Below are positions 35,489-44,663 of a stretch of DNA of 64,000 nucleotides, piece after piece. Positions within the stretch are counted from its first letter, which is position 1; each line of letters starts with the position of its first letter. The notes beneath the pieces were generated by a model, which made no database searches, was not told the DNA's origin, and saw nothing but the letters and a program-made list of their open reading frames with translations. Source of the DNA: Ignavibacteriota bacterium (GTDB lineage: Bacteria; Bacteroidota; Ignavibacteria; UBA10030; UBA6906); contig CAWDEM010000008.1 in NCBI GenBank assembly GCA_963801355.1, positions 832,001 through 896,000 on the forward strand, in the 5' to 3' direction. Position numbers and translations under genes: made by a program.

Positions 35489-36457
35489 TCACCGGCAGAG
35501 CTCGTGGTAACGCTCTAGAGCACCCGGCTCCCCGAGAGAAATACTCTTTCGTAGCGCAAGACAACCTTCACGGCTTTCACCCCGGAGAAGACGGCATTCG
35601 CCCAGCAGAAGCCAGGCACCTCCGTCAAGACTGTCTTCTCTTATCACCTTCTGCAGCGCGTCGACTGCTTCTCCGGTCCTCCCGCTCATCTTCAGCGACA
35701 AAGCTCTGTTAAACAGCAAGAACCCGCAGGAATCGCACTCTCGCAACGCCTCGGCGTAATCTCTGATCGCATCGTCATACCTCCCCATCCTGTGCAGCAG
35801 TCTCCCCCTTTCGTTGAGGACATACGGGTCATAGGGCGACATTCGCACGCACTTGTCAAGCAGTGCAAGCGCCGTCTCAGATTCTCCTCTCTCGTCCAGG
35901 AGAATTGCGTATTCCATCTTCGCCGTGACATCATATTCGTCCAGCCTGATGATGTTGACCAGATCCTGCCCCATGAGCATGCTCAGCACCGAGCGCAGAT
36001 TTCTCTTCACCGGTTCTTCAAGCCGCCCCACATCCGTCTCTTCGAGAAGCTCGCGCCTCAGCCGCAGGATCTTGAACCGCTCCCAGCGGAAGTCTGCATT
36101 GTGCGGATCCAGCTGAACCGCCCGTTCAAAGTCAGCTTGAGCGGATTCGATCTCACCCATTTCTCTCTCTGCGAGACCGCGGCTGAAATATGCCACAGGG
36201 GATTCGGCACGGAGGAGGATTAACCGGGTATACGCTTCCCGGGCCTCACGGTAGGCTCCACAGGACAACAAAGCGTCTCCCTCATCTTGAAGTAGCTCTT
36301 CCGCGCTGTGGCATCCCGCAAGAAGGAGAATTGCTGTGAAGAGAACGCCTACCCAGGAGATCCGGCGCCGGAGATTCCCGTCGCTCCACCTGCGGCAGAC
36401 GCTTACGGCAGAGACGGGAAGGTGACCGATATGGAGGTGCCCGACTCGCGCTCGCAC
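35489..36457 (-). CDS. TPR-repeat lipoprotein (true start probably downstream of 36457)
   Basis: LLLAG-C lipobox and multiple TPRs (AYFSRGLAE, VLNERGRLLHRMGRYDDAIRDY, LLFNRAL, AWLLLGEC). Confidence 0.8.
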   Translation of the reverse strand: MRARVGHLHIGHLPVSAVSVCRRWSDGNLRRRISWVGVLFTAILLLAGCHSAEELLQDEGDALLSCGAYREAREAYTRLILLRAESPVAYFSRGLAEREMGEIESAQADFERAVQLDPHNADFRWERFKILRLRRELLEETDVGRLEEPVKRNLRSVLSMLMGQDLVNIIRLDEYDVTAKMEYAILLDERGESETALALLDKCVRMSPYDPYVLNERGRLLHRMGRYDDAIRDYAEALRECDSCGFLLFNRALSLKMSGRTGEAVDALQKVIREDSLDGGAWLLLGECRLLRGESREGCLALRKSISLGEPGALERYHELCR

Positions 36458-37833
36458 TCGAGAGTCCCTTTCAGCTGCCTCGCAAGATGGTTCACGAGGT
36501 GAAAGCCGACAGACTTTGGGCGACGTGGGTCGATGTCCTTGCGCAATCCCACTCCCCCATCTGCAACGCGCAACATCACACCATCCTCTTTCATCCGACG
36601 GAATTCCACGGTAATTTCGCCGCGGGTTCCTTCGGCGTAGGCATGGCGAAGCGAGTTCTGGAGCAACTCTCGAAGCATCAGCAGCGTATGTGCGGTTCGT
36701 TCGGCGTCAAGCTCGCAGGGATCGGCTTCGACCCTGTAGGTCAGGCGGGATGTACGGTGCTGCTTGAAAAGGTCGGCGGTCAGTGTTTGCACATACCGTT
36801 CGATTCCGACGGGTTGCTTGCTGCTATAGATCATCTCATAGATATCCAGTATCGACTGGAGACGACTCTTGAGAGCGAACAGATCCATCGCGGCATCCCG
36901 GCTTTTGACCGAGGTAAGTATCTTCAGGATGGATGAGAGGTTGTGGGTGTACATGCGCAGGTGATTCCGCACCGTCTGGCCGATCGATGACTGCGCGGCG
37001 AGCATCGCCTGCGCGTGCTGCTCCGCCTGCTTCCGCTCGGTGATATCCTGTGCCGCACCCATAATCCGCACAATGTGCTTCTTCGTCTCATCCCAGAGCG
37101 GGTGTGCCTCGTCACGCCACCAGCGATGCTCCCCGACCTGCGAGACGATTCGGTATTCCGCGACACCCTGTTCGCCGGAGAGCAGATGCGCCAGCCGGTT
37201 TTTCACCACCGGCTTATCGTCGGGGTGCACGTGATGAGACAGATCGCTGAGCGCTTCCACAGACAGGCCGGTTTTCCGAAATTCGTCAGTCACCCAATCG
37301 GTCGCCATGGACCCGTCGGGGCGGACCGAGACCGAATAGGCAAAGCCCGGAGACATCTCGGCAATCGCCCGGTAACGTTGCTCGCTTTCGCGCAGGCGCC
37401 GGTCCATCTGGGCTCTGTAGAGTGCAATTTCGATGATCGTGCGCAGCTCCCGCTCCTCAAAAGGCTTCAGCACGTAGCCGAATGGCTCTGTCACCCGGGC
37501 ACGCTTGAGCGTGGCGTCATCGGAATAGGCGGTTGCGTACACGATCGGGATATCCGCGGCCTGGCGTATCTGCTCCGCCGCCTGGATACCGTCGATAGGG
37601 CCCTTCAGATGCACATCCATGAGGATCAGATCGGGATGAACATCCCTGGCCTTGCGTATCGCCTCCTCGCCCGTGGTGGACAGACCGACAACCCGATATC
37701 CCATGGTTGTGAGCCTGCGCTCGATATCCCGCGCCATAATGACGCCGTCTTCGACCACAAGAACGCGTGCCGAAGTGCCTGTGAGTGTTCCCCCCTTTTG
37801 GGAATCACCGGAATGGCTGGTCATACATGTCAA
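36403..37833 (-). CDS. Hybrid REC-PAS-HisKA_2/HATPase sensor kinase
   Basis: VLVVED...LILMD...YATAY...VLKPF REC, VHPDD PAS/PAC, ELLQNSLRHA N-box, VADGGVG G1, SVGFHLV G2. Confidence 0.88.
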   Translation of the reverse strand: MTCMTSHSGDSQKGGTLTGTSARVLVVEDGVIMARDIERRLTTMGYRVVGLSTTGEEAIRKARDVHPDLILMDVHLKGPIDGIQAAEQIRQAADIPIVYATAYSDDATLKRARVTEPFGYVLKPFEERELRTIIEIALYRAQMDRRLRESEQRYRAIAEMSPGFAYSVSVRPDGSMATDWVTDEFRKTGLSVEALSDLSHHVHPDDKPVVKNRLAHLLSGEQGVAEYRIVSQVGEHRWWRDEAHPLWDETKKHIVRIMGAAQDITERKQAEQHAQAMLAAQSSIGQTVRNHLRMYTHNLSSILKILTSVKSRDAAMDLFALKSRLQSILDIYEMIYSSKQPVGIERYVQTLTADLFKQHRTSRLTYRVEADPCELDAERTAHTLLMLRELLQNSLRHAYAEGTRGEITVEFRRMKEDGVMLRVADGGVGLRKDIDPRRPKSVGFHLVNHLARQLKGTLECERESGTSISVTFPSLP

Positions 37834-37878
37834 GTGGAGTGTGTGGGTAAACCGGAGAACTGGCGGTGACGCGTAGAT

Positions 37879-38202
37879 TCATTCATCCGCGCGGCGTCGG
37901 ATTTCAATTATTGTCGCCCGGTGCTCGCCAAACTTGCTGAAATACACCAGCACGGCGACCTGTTCGGTCGAACCCGGTTGATCGCCGGCAAGAGTGACTC
38001 TGGAATAGTGCCAGCGATCCTTTGCATCATAGGTATACAGCCCGGTGGGCTCTCCCAACAATTCACGCACTTCATCGCGGGTTTTGCCCTGCAGAGCCTT
38101 CAACTCCGGCTCCGTCCAGACCGATTCCGGGCGTTCTTTCTTGTCCGACGAGCACCCGGCGGCAAGGACAAGAACAGCAAAGAGCAGGAGAAACCGTCTC
38201 AT
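37879..38202 (-). CDS. SmpA/BamE-like small lipoprotein
   Basis: LAAG-C lipobox, GKTRDEVRELLGEP...WHY. Confidence 0.65.
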   Translation of the reverse strand: MRRFLLLFAVLVLAAGCSSDKKERPESVWTEPELKALQGKTRDEVRELLGEPTGLYTYDAKDRWHYSRVTLAGDQPGSTEQVAVLVYFSKFGEHRATIIEIRRRADE

Positions 38203-38226
38203 GAGGAATCCCCACAATGTACACTT

Positions 38227-38823
38227 TCAAGCCGGGGAAAGCAAATAGAGCGCATGCTCGTGTATGTAGTGCTCCACTTCCGGGGTCACCATCCAGTGGA
38301 TTGACCGTCCCTCGCAGACCCTCCTCCTGATGTCTCGCGAGGCTATGCCGATCTCCGGGACTGCGCAAAGCTGCATCCGCCCTGCAAAAGGGGTATTCCG
38401 CTCCGGAGTCTTGTATCCGGGACGTGTCATTACTACGACACGCGCGATCCTGAGTATCTCCTCCGGGTCCTTCCAGGTGCCAAAATCGGCCACATTGTCC
38501 ATCCCGATGATAAGCGTCAGATCCACGCCCGGGTGCTCGCGCTGAAGTACCTGGAGGGTCTTGATGGTGTACGATACTCCTCCCCTTTTCACCTCCAGGT
38601 CGGAGACTTCCATCTGCGGCACACCGGCCACGGCGAGGCGCACCATGGCAAGCCGGTGCTCCGGGTCCGTGAGCACCCGGTCGCGCTTGTGTGGCGAAGT
38701 TGCCGAAGGGACCAGGATGATCCGGTCGAGACCGAGCGATTCGCGGACCTGCGAGACCACGAGCAGATGCCCGATGTGCGGCGGGTCGAACGTGCCGCCA
38801 AAAACACCGAATGAAGGATGAAT
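38227..38823 (-). CDS. nadD: Nicotinate-nucleotide adenylyltransferase (start codon unclear)
   Basis: In-frame FGVFGGTFDPPHIGHL upstream of the track ORF, then SPHK, SYTIKTL, IIGMD, W, ASRDIR. No ATG/GTG/TTG between the upstream TAG and the HIGH motif. Candidate ATT at 38823. Confidence 0.85.
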   Translation of the reverse strand: MHPSFGVFGGTFDPPHIGHLLVVSQVRESLGLDRIILVPSATSPHKRDRVLTDPEHRLAMVRLAVAGVPQMEVSDLEVKRGGVSYTIKTLQVLQREHPGVDLTLIIGMDNVADFGTWKDPEEILRIARVVVMTRPGYKTPERNTPFAGRMQLCAVPEIGIASRDIRRRVCEGRSIHWMVTPEVEHYIHEHALYLLSPA

Positions 38824-38863
38824 AGACGTTGAGATTCCTTCGCGCTACTGGGCCGAAGCGTCA

Positions 38864-38962
38864 AGATTGCTTCGCCCTTCGGGCTCGCAATGACTAGAGT
38901 CAGCGGGCTCGCAATGACAAGCGGAGCCGGTCCCGCAAGGACTAGAGGAGCGGGCCCGCAAC
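38864..38962. repeat. REP-like palindrome plus degenerate 23-24-bp tandem repeat
   Basis: AGATTGCTTCGCCCTTCGGGCTCGCAATGAC, then units CGGGCTCGCAATGACTAGAGTCAG / CGGGCTCGCAATGACAAGCGGAGC / CGGTCCCGCAAGGACTAGAGGAG / CGGGCCCGCAAC. Confidence 0.7.
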
Positions 38963-39946
38963 TTCGTACTTCAGACAGCCCTTCACCAGCGCAACGAGAT
39001 ACACAAACGGAAGAGCCGTAAAGCCGGCGGTTTCCTTGAACACATAGAGACGCAAACACCGGAGCCCCTGGTACTTGTAGCGAAAGAGCCATCCGCACAG
39101 GAACACGATTCCGGTTCCCGCCAGGGCGACCGGCAGCGATCCTGCCAGCAAACCTCCCAGCATCGTAATCAGTGCAACTAAATCCACTAAAGCAACAAAG
39201 TGCTGCGGACGGTGTATCACCAATGGTCCCAACGACTTTACCTCGATCGATTTACGGTATCGTTTGGGATGGCGCTTGTAAAGAAGCGCATCAAAGAAAT
39301 ACCGTCTTGCATGGCGGAAGCACTCGGCCATCGACTGGAACTGAAGGGGGTGAACCACCAGAAGGTCCTTATCGTAGAACATCCGTGCTCCGGCGTCGAG
39401 GAGGCGGAAGCCGAGATCCGAATCCTCCCTGAAATAGAGCTTTTCATTCCGGTCAAAGAACGCAGCGCTGTATCCGCCCGTGGCCAGGTAGAGGTCTCGC
39501 CTGATAAATAGGTTGCAGGGAATGAAGGAGACTCTGCCCGGATCTTCAAACTGACGCACGCTTGCGTGGGACCCCGGATAGCCGGTGTGTCCTTCGAGTA
39601 CGTCCAACTCCCCGTCTTCCAACGTCTTGTGGGCTTGCTCAAGCCATGTTCGTGACGGGGTAACGTCGTCTTCGGTAAAAGCCAGGAACCGGCCGCGTGC
39701 CAACGCAGCAGCGGCGTTCCTTGCCCGGCCGGCCCCCCCGTTTTGAAGCTCCAGAACCGTTAACGCGAATGGGAATGAGAGCGACCGCAAGTACTCCGCC
39801 GTCCGGTCGGTTGAGCCGTCCACAGCGACAATCACCTCGAGATCTCTCCAGTCAAATGTTTGTCCTGCAAGAGCTTCCAGGCAATGTCTCGCACCTTCCT
39901 TCCGATTGTATGTAGGCATGATGACCGTAAAGAACGGAGTGCTCAT
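38942..39946 (-). CDS. Glycosyltransferase family 2
   Basis: VIMPTYNR, VDGSTD, GAGRARN, FTEDD, REDSDLG. C-terminal TM segments. Confidence 0.9.
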   Translation of the reverse strand: MSTPFFTVIMPTYNRKEGARHCLEALAGQTFDWRDLEVIVAVDGSTDRTAEYLRSLSFPFALTVLELQNGGAGRARNAAAALARGRFLAFTEDDVTPSRTWLEQAHKTLEDGELDVLEGHTGYPGSHASVRQFEDPGRVSFIPCNLFIRRDLYLATGGYSAAFFDRNEKLYFREDSDLGFRLLDAGARMFYDKDLLVVHPLQFQSMAECFRHARRYFFDALLYKRHPKRYRKSIEVKSLGPLVIHRPQHFVALVDLVALITMLGGLLAGSLPVALAGTGIVFLCGWLFRYKYQGLRCLRLYVFKETAGFTALPFVYLVALVKGCLKYEVAGPLL

Positions 39947-40887
39947 GTAGCGCTCCTTCCCCGGAACATCATCGTAAAGACCCGGGCATAGCCCCTGATC
40001 GCCGACCGGGAACGGGCCCGCCGATTATCCCCAGGGAGCAGGGCGAGGATTCCCCACGCGAGCAGGCGCACAGCACTCCGTTTCAGAACAATCCCCCGGA
40101 GCACGAACCCCTCCCATGGAGCATGGTGCTTCTCGAAAAAGAGGAGCAGGCCTCGGTGATACTCCACAAGCCGTCGTTCATCGTAATGCCCGAACGCGCT
40201 TCCTCCAAAGTGAAAGACCTTCGCCCCCGGCACGTACCATACTTCTCCGCCGGAGTCCTTTATTCGTTTGCACCAGTCGGTTTCTTCAAAATACATGAAA
40301 AATGCCTCATCCAGCGCCCCCACCTTTTCAACGGTCTCACGCCTTACGAGTAGGCACGACCCCTGGACGTAGTCTACCTTACGTGGCACTTCAGGGTCGG
40401 TGTAGAGTTCGCGATGCGCGCCGAAAAGGCGCGAACGCGGGAAGAGACGGTCAAGGAAGAGCGCTTCGACAAAGAGATTCCAGAGTGACGGAAACTTGAC
40501 GCCTGTCCTCTGAGGAGTTCCATCGCCGTTCAGCAGTGCCGGTCCGCACGCTGAGACCTCCGGGTGGAGATCCATGAATTCAATGAGGCGGTCGCACGCA
40601 CCACTCTTGAGAATCGTGTCAGGGTTCAGGAGGAGGAAATAGCGTCCGTGCGAAAGCGCAAGCCCCTGATTATTGGCAGCCGCGAATCCACGGTTCACGG
40701 CATTCCTGTGGGTGATGCAGTCCGGAATCAGCGCACGCACATACGCCAGAGTGCCGTCAGAGGAGTCATTGTCCACAACAACGATTTCATGCTGGTGCCC
40801 TGCCGTCGCGGCAGCAATGCCAGGGAGACACCGTTTCAGATCTTTCCGGGAATTCCAGCTCACCATGATGATCGACAGGTCAGTCAT
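39943..40887 (-). CDS. Glycosyltransferase family 2 (rhamnosyltransferase/WbbL-like)
   Basis: VVDNDSSDG, NRGFAAANN, LLNPDT, FFMYFEETDWC. Confidence 0.9.
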   Translation of the reverse strand: MTDLSIIMVSWNSRKDLKRCLPGIAAATAGHQHEIVVVDNDSSDGTLAYVRALIPDCITHRNAVNRGFAAANNQGLALSHGRYFLLLNPDTILKSGACDRLIEFMDLHPEVSACGPALLNGDGTPQRTGVKFPSLWNLFVEALFLDRLFPRSRLFGAHRELYTDPEVPRKVDYVQGSCLLVRRETVEKVGALDEAFFMYFEETDWCKRIKDSGGEVWYVPGAKVFHFGGSAFGHYDERRLVEYHRGLLLFFEKHHAPWEGFVLRGIVLKRSAVRLLAWGILALLPGDNRRARSRSAIRGYARVFTMMFRGRSAT

Positions 40888-41905
40888 AGAATGGCAGCCT
40901 TACGATGCGAGCATAGGCACGCGCGGTGGCATTGAGGAAGCGTGAAACAGGCCCTCTCCCCTGCACGACGGCAGGACTCATCAATGTGAGAATTTCCGAG
41001 TCAGGCACACAGCGTGTCTTCTGCCAGATGCGGCGCTGTGCAAGAATCCAGCCCGGGTGGCACAAACACCAGAGATACGCTTGCAGGATTCCCCGGGTCG
41101 ATTTCCGTCCGCCGGCGAAGCTCAAGGCGATCTTTGCCCCTGCATCGGCCAACGCCAGGGGCGACAGTTTCACAAGTGTAACCGGCGAATACAGGATGAG
41201 GCCATTCAGCGTCCTGTTGCGTTCCTGATAGAACGTCATCAGGCGGCCCGGTTGCTTCCTGGTCGACGCGCTTCCCCGGTGCCGCACGACCGATTTCTGG
41301 GCCATACGCACGTCATACCCGGCAAGGCGCATGCGCCAGGACAGGAACAGATCTTCATGGTAGAGAAAATACTCCGGCGGAAAAGGATCTCCGACAACGG
41401 ACTTGCGAAACATCACAGACGCGCCGCCGGCAAAGAACACACGGGAGAGGTCTGTAAAGACCCTCATGATGTTATACCCGAGGAAATTCACTGATCCGTT
41501 CACATCGTAGAATTCCGCAGGTACGCCGTCGGTCACTACGCGAGAAGCGACCACCCCGACTCCCGGTCTTTTCAGCTGTTCCAGGAGGCCGGGGATCCAG
41601 TCCGCCCCCACTTCAGTATCGTTGTTCAGGAGCAGAATAATGTCACCAGTTGCCGCACGCACCCCGACGTTGTTGCCTCCGGCAAAGCCCAGGTTTCCCT
41701 CCTGCGGCAGATATCGCACTCCGGGAAACTCCTTCTCCACCAGGGTCCTGCTTGCCCCTGTCGAGCCATTGTCCACAAGAATGACTTCCACCGGCCTGTA
41801 CGGCTGGGCAAATACGCTGTGCAGGCAGGGTCTCAGGAGGTCCACCCCGTCATAATCGACGATCACCACGCTGACCAGCTGTGGATCGGCAGGCGTCATG
41901 GTCAT
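40880..41905 (-). CDS. Glycosyltransferase family 2
   Basis: LVDNGS, NLGFAGGNN, LLNNDT, YFLYHED. Confidence 0.9.
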   Translation of the reverse strand: MTMTPADPQLVSVVIVDYDGVDLLRPCLHSVFAQPYRPVEVILVDNGSTGASRTLVEKEFPGVRYLPQEGNLGFAGGNNVGVRAATGDIILLLNNDTEVGADWIPGLLEQLKRPGVGVVASRVVTDGVPAEFYDVNGSVNFLGYNIMRVFTDLSRVFFAGGASVMFRKSVVGDPFPPEYFLYHEDLFLSWRMRLAGYDVRMAQKSVVRHRGSASTRKQPGRLMTFYQERNRTLNGLILYSPVTLVKLSPLALADAGAKIALSFAGGRKSTRGILQAYLWCLCHPGWILAQRRIWQKTRCVPDSEILTLMSPAVVQGRGPVSRFLNATARAYARIVRLPFYD

Positions 41906-42645
41906 ACCGGTTTTCGCAAGGCAACCACAACTTCACCATCACCCATCTGAATGCATTCGATATCGTATCGCAGTTTCAATACGCGGGGTGCGCGGCGCAA
42001 CAGATCGATCAGATCATCCATCGTCCAGACGTGGTAATGAATGCTGTAGGCCTGTGCAATGAGTTCATCCGCGCGCTTGGTTATACCCGCGGGATCTGCG
42101 ACATGCTCGACATGTTCCACCCAATCCTTGAAGTGCTCCGCCCGGTGCCAGGCGGGACCTTCGCGAAAGTCCTTTTCGATATGTTCGAACGGGGTCACAC
42201 TTCGCGGCGCGTCAAACGTGTACCGCTTGTCGGGGACACACATGAACAGCACTCCTCCGGGCCGCAGAACGCGCAGCAGCTCCCCGATCGTTCGGAGGGG
42301 ATTCTCGCAATGTTCTAGAAAATGATTTGCCACAACGAAGTCTTGCGAGCCGTCAGCAATCATCAACAGCCGCTCGCCGTCGTCGATGATATCCACCGGA
42401 ACGAGGTCGCGGCGGGCGAGCTCCGGATACTGACGCCGCAGATCCTCGCGCGACATCCGGTCCACGTACCGTGCATGCGCCGCCCGGGGAAGTTTCAAGG
42501 GATTATGGAGCGCCCCGATTTCGATCCCCTCGCCTTTCAAGTAGTGCGCCGCAATCGCTTCCCGGTCAAGTTGCCGGAACATCCGGACAAATTTCCGTGC
42601 ATCGATAATCGTGGATTTCAAAAGCCGGCGAGGATCCATACGCAT
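41902..42645 (-). CDS. Class I SAM-dependent methyltransferase (glycan-cluster type)
   Basis: GEGIEIGAL, DFVVANHFLEH, RVLRPGG, VPDKRYTFD. Confidence 0.85.
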   Translation of the reverse strand: MRMDPRRLLKSTIIDARKFVRMFRQLDREAIAAHYLKGEGIEIGALHNPLKLPRAAHARYVDRMSREDLRRQYPELARRDLVPVDIIDDGERLLMIADGSQDFVVANHFLEHCENPLRTIGELLRVLRPGGVLFMCVPDKRYTFDAPRSVTPFEHIEKDFREGPAWHRAEHFKDWVEHVEHVADPAGITKRADELIAQAYSIHYHVWTMDDLIDLLRRAPRVLKLRYDIECIQMGDGEVVVALRKPV

Positions 42646-42646
42646 G

Positions 42647-43717
42647 CTATCCTGGGATTTTCTGACCTGGCATCTCCTGACTTGGGCTCTCCTGACCTGG
42701 TATCTCCTGACTTGGGCCCTCCTGACCTGGCATCTCTTGACTTGGGCTCTCCTGACTCGGGATTCCCGCGTCCCGTGCGGGCCGCCAGAACGGGAGGGCC
42801 CACCAGAGCGTCTTCCAGGAAAACACCATCATGTGCCGGGAAAATTCCGACGCGCGGAACGGCGCAACGACTGTCCAGCCGATCGACCGCAGAATGAAAC
42901 CTGCGATCGTACACAGGCGGTACAACACCACGGCGGCACGCCCGTGGTGCTTTTGATAGAAGAGAAGCACATTCTCATGCAGGACGCCGAAGAGCGCGAA
43001 CCGCCTGTTCACTTTCCCCACGGTGCTGCCAAGGTGGTGGACAACACGGGCTTCGGGCACGTACCAGATGGTCCACCCTGCTGCGTGCATCCGGTAGCAC
43101 CAATCCATATCGTTGTAATATATCGCAAACCGCTCATCCAGCAACCCCACATCTTCGAGCACTTTCCTGCGCACCAGAAACGCGGCAGCCATCAGGTGGT
43201 CAACCTGGCCAGCCCTGGTGTAGTCGAAGTAGCGCATCTCCCCCTTTCCAAACAGGCGCGAATTCGGGAAGAGGCGGTCCAGATAGAGCATATCACAGAA
43301 GTGCGTGAAGGGAGTCGGAAATCCTTTTGCCGAATGCTGCGTCCGTCCGTCGGGGTACACGAGCATCGGCCCACACGCGCCCACATTCGGATGGCCCTGC
43401 ATAAAACGAACCAGCGACTCGAATGCCCCTTCGCCTACTACCGTATCGGAATTCAGCAGGAGCACGTATCGTCCTTCCGACATCCTCAAGCCGAGATTAT
43501 TCGGACGCGCAAATCCCTCGTTCGTGGCATTTCTGTGAAGCTTGACAGACGCAAATTCAGACTGCACCATATCAGCGCTGCCGTCTGTCGAGCCGTTATC
43601 GACGACGATGACCTCGAGCGACAATGCTCCGGCGGTCCGGAACACTGACTCGAGGCAGACGCGAAGCAGCGTCTTCGTATTCAAATTGACGATGATGACG
43701 GAAACATCCGGCGGCAC
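42647..43717 (-). CDS. Glycosyltransferase family 2 with C-terminal pentapeptide repeat tail
   Basis: VVDNGSTDGS, GFARPNN, LLNSDT, YYNDMDWC. GTG start at 43717 just after the upstream stop. Confidence 0.88.
   Translation of the reverse strand: MPPDVSVIIVNLNTKTLLRVCLESVFRTAGALSLEVIVVDNGSTDGSADMVQSEFASVKLHRNATNEGFARPNNLGLRMSEGRYVLLLNSDTVVGEGAFESLVRFMQGHPNVGACGPMLVYPDGRTQHSAKGFPTPFTHFCDMLYLDRLFPNSRLFGKGEMRYFDYTRAGQVDHLMAAAFLVRRKVLEDVGLLDERFAIYYNDMDWCYRMHAAGWTIWYVPEARVVHHLGSTVGKVNRRFALFGVLHENVLLFYQKHHGRAAVVLYRLCTIAGFILRSIGWTVVAPFRASEFSRHMMVFSWKTLWWALPFWRPARDAGIPSQESPSQEMPGQEGPSQEIPGQESPSQEMPGQKIPG
42661..42765. repeat. In-frame 15-bp tandem repeat x7 (alternating A/B, 30-bp period)
   Basis: tctgacctggcatct / cctgacttgggctct / cctgacctggtatct / cctgacttgggccct / cctgacctggcatct / cttgacttgggctct / cctgactcgggattc. 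Encodes P[SG]QE[SMGI] repeats. Confidence 0.9.
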
Positions 43718-43718
43718 G

Positions 43719-44657
43719 TTAGTATCCGAACAGGCTGAGTATGTATTCTGTGGATTCACTGCGAAGACGGAGGACATCTCTTCGCTTGTGAAGCATGCGC
43801 GGCAGAAGAAGCAGACCCTGGAAAACTCCTTTGGCGGCAGCTCCGCCGCTCCCGGCCGCACATTCCCGCCAGAGACGCCGGGCCCGGCCGCCAAGGAACG
43901 CAGGTCCCTTCTTCAGCAGCACTGCAGCGGGCAAATTCTTCAGATGCAGCGCGGTGAGATTCCGCTCCTGCATGCGTACCGGAAAGTCCTGCATCCGTTT
44001 GGCAGTTGCGCCCCGCTTGTGGTAGCAGACTGACGTCGGCACATACACGCAGCGGTAGCCCGCAATTTGCGCGCGCAAAGAGAGGTCGGCGTCTTCATAG
44101 TACGAAACAAAGTCCTCATCGAACAACCCGATGCGTGTCAGCATCTCGCGTCTATACAATGCCGCGCCGGCACAGGTGCCCGGCACATAACGGCGTTGGT
44201 TGAAGGATGTCCCATCGGCTTCTCCGGCGCCCAGCGTGACCGGTGAGCCCCCGCGTGTGAAAGCGTCGCCTGCGGCATCGATGCGAGTGCGTTCGCCGAA
44301 ACGGAGCATTTTGCACGCCGCCATCCCCGCAGCGGGGTCAGTGCCCAGAGCAATAAGCATTTCTTCCAGCCAGCGGGGATCGAGTTCGGTGTCGTTGTTC
44401 AGGAGAGCAACGTACTCTTCCTGAGCTACCCTGATGCCGCGATTCACTGCGGCCGCAAATCCCTGATTCGAGGGGAGCGAAATGCACTCTACCCAGGGAA
44501 ACTTGCCGACAACGTATTCAACTGATCCGTCGGAGGAACCGTTATCCACCAGTATCGTCCGCGCCGGCCGGATCGACTGAGAGGCGACGGACCCCAGGCA
44601 CAGATCGAGGTGCTGCTGTCCGTTCCAATTTGGTATGATCAGTGCGGCCGGGCCCAT
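43719..44657 (-). CDS. Glycosyltransferase family 2
   Basis: IIPNWNG, VDNGSSDGS, NQGFAAAVN, LLNNDT, YYEDADL. Confidence 0.9.
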   Translation of the reverse strand: MGPAALIIPNWNGQQHLDLCLGSVASQSIRPARTILVDNGSSDGSVEYVVGKFPWVECISLPSNQGFAAAVNRGIRVAQEEYVALLNNDTELDPRWLEEMLIALGTDPAAGMAACKMLRFGERTRIDAAGDAFTRGGSPVTLGAGEADGTSFNQRRYVPGTCAGAALYRREMLTRIGLFDEDFVSYYEDADLSLRAQIAGYRCVYVPTSVCYHKRGATAKRMQDFPVRMQERNLTALHLKNLPAAVLLKKGPAFLGGRARRLWRECAAGSGGAAAKGVFQGLLLLPRMLHKRRDVLRLRSESTEYILSLFGY

Positions 44658-44663
44658 GCGGCG

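Noticed and set aside
42661-42765. CRISPR array
   Set aside because: The units are contiguous 15-mers with no unique spacers, lie in frame within a CDS, and no cas genes are present.
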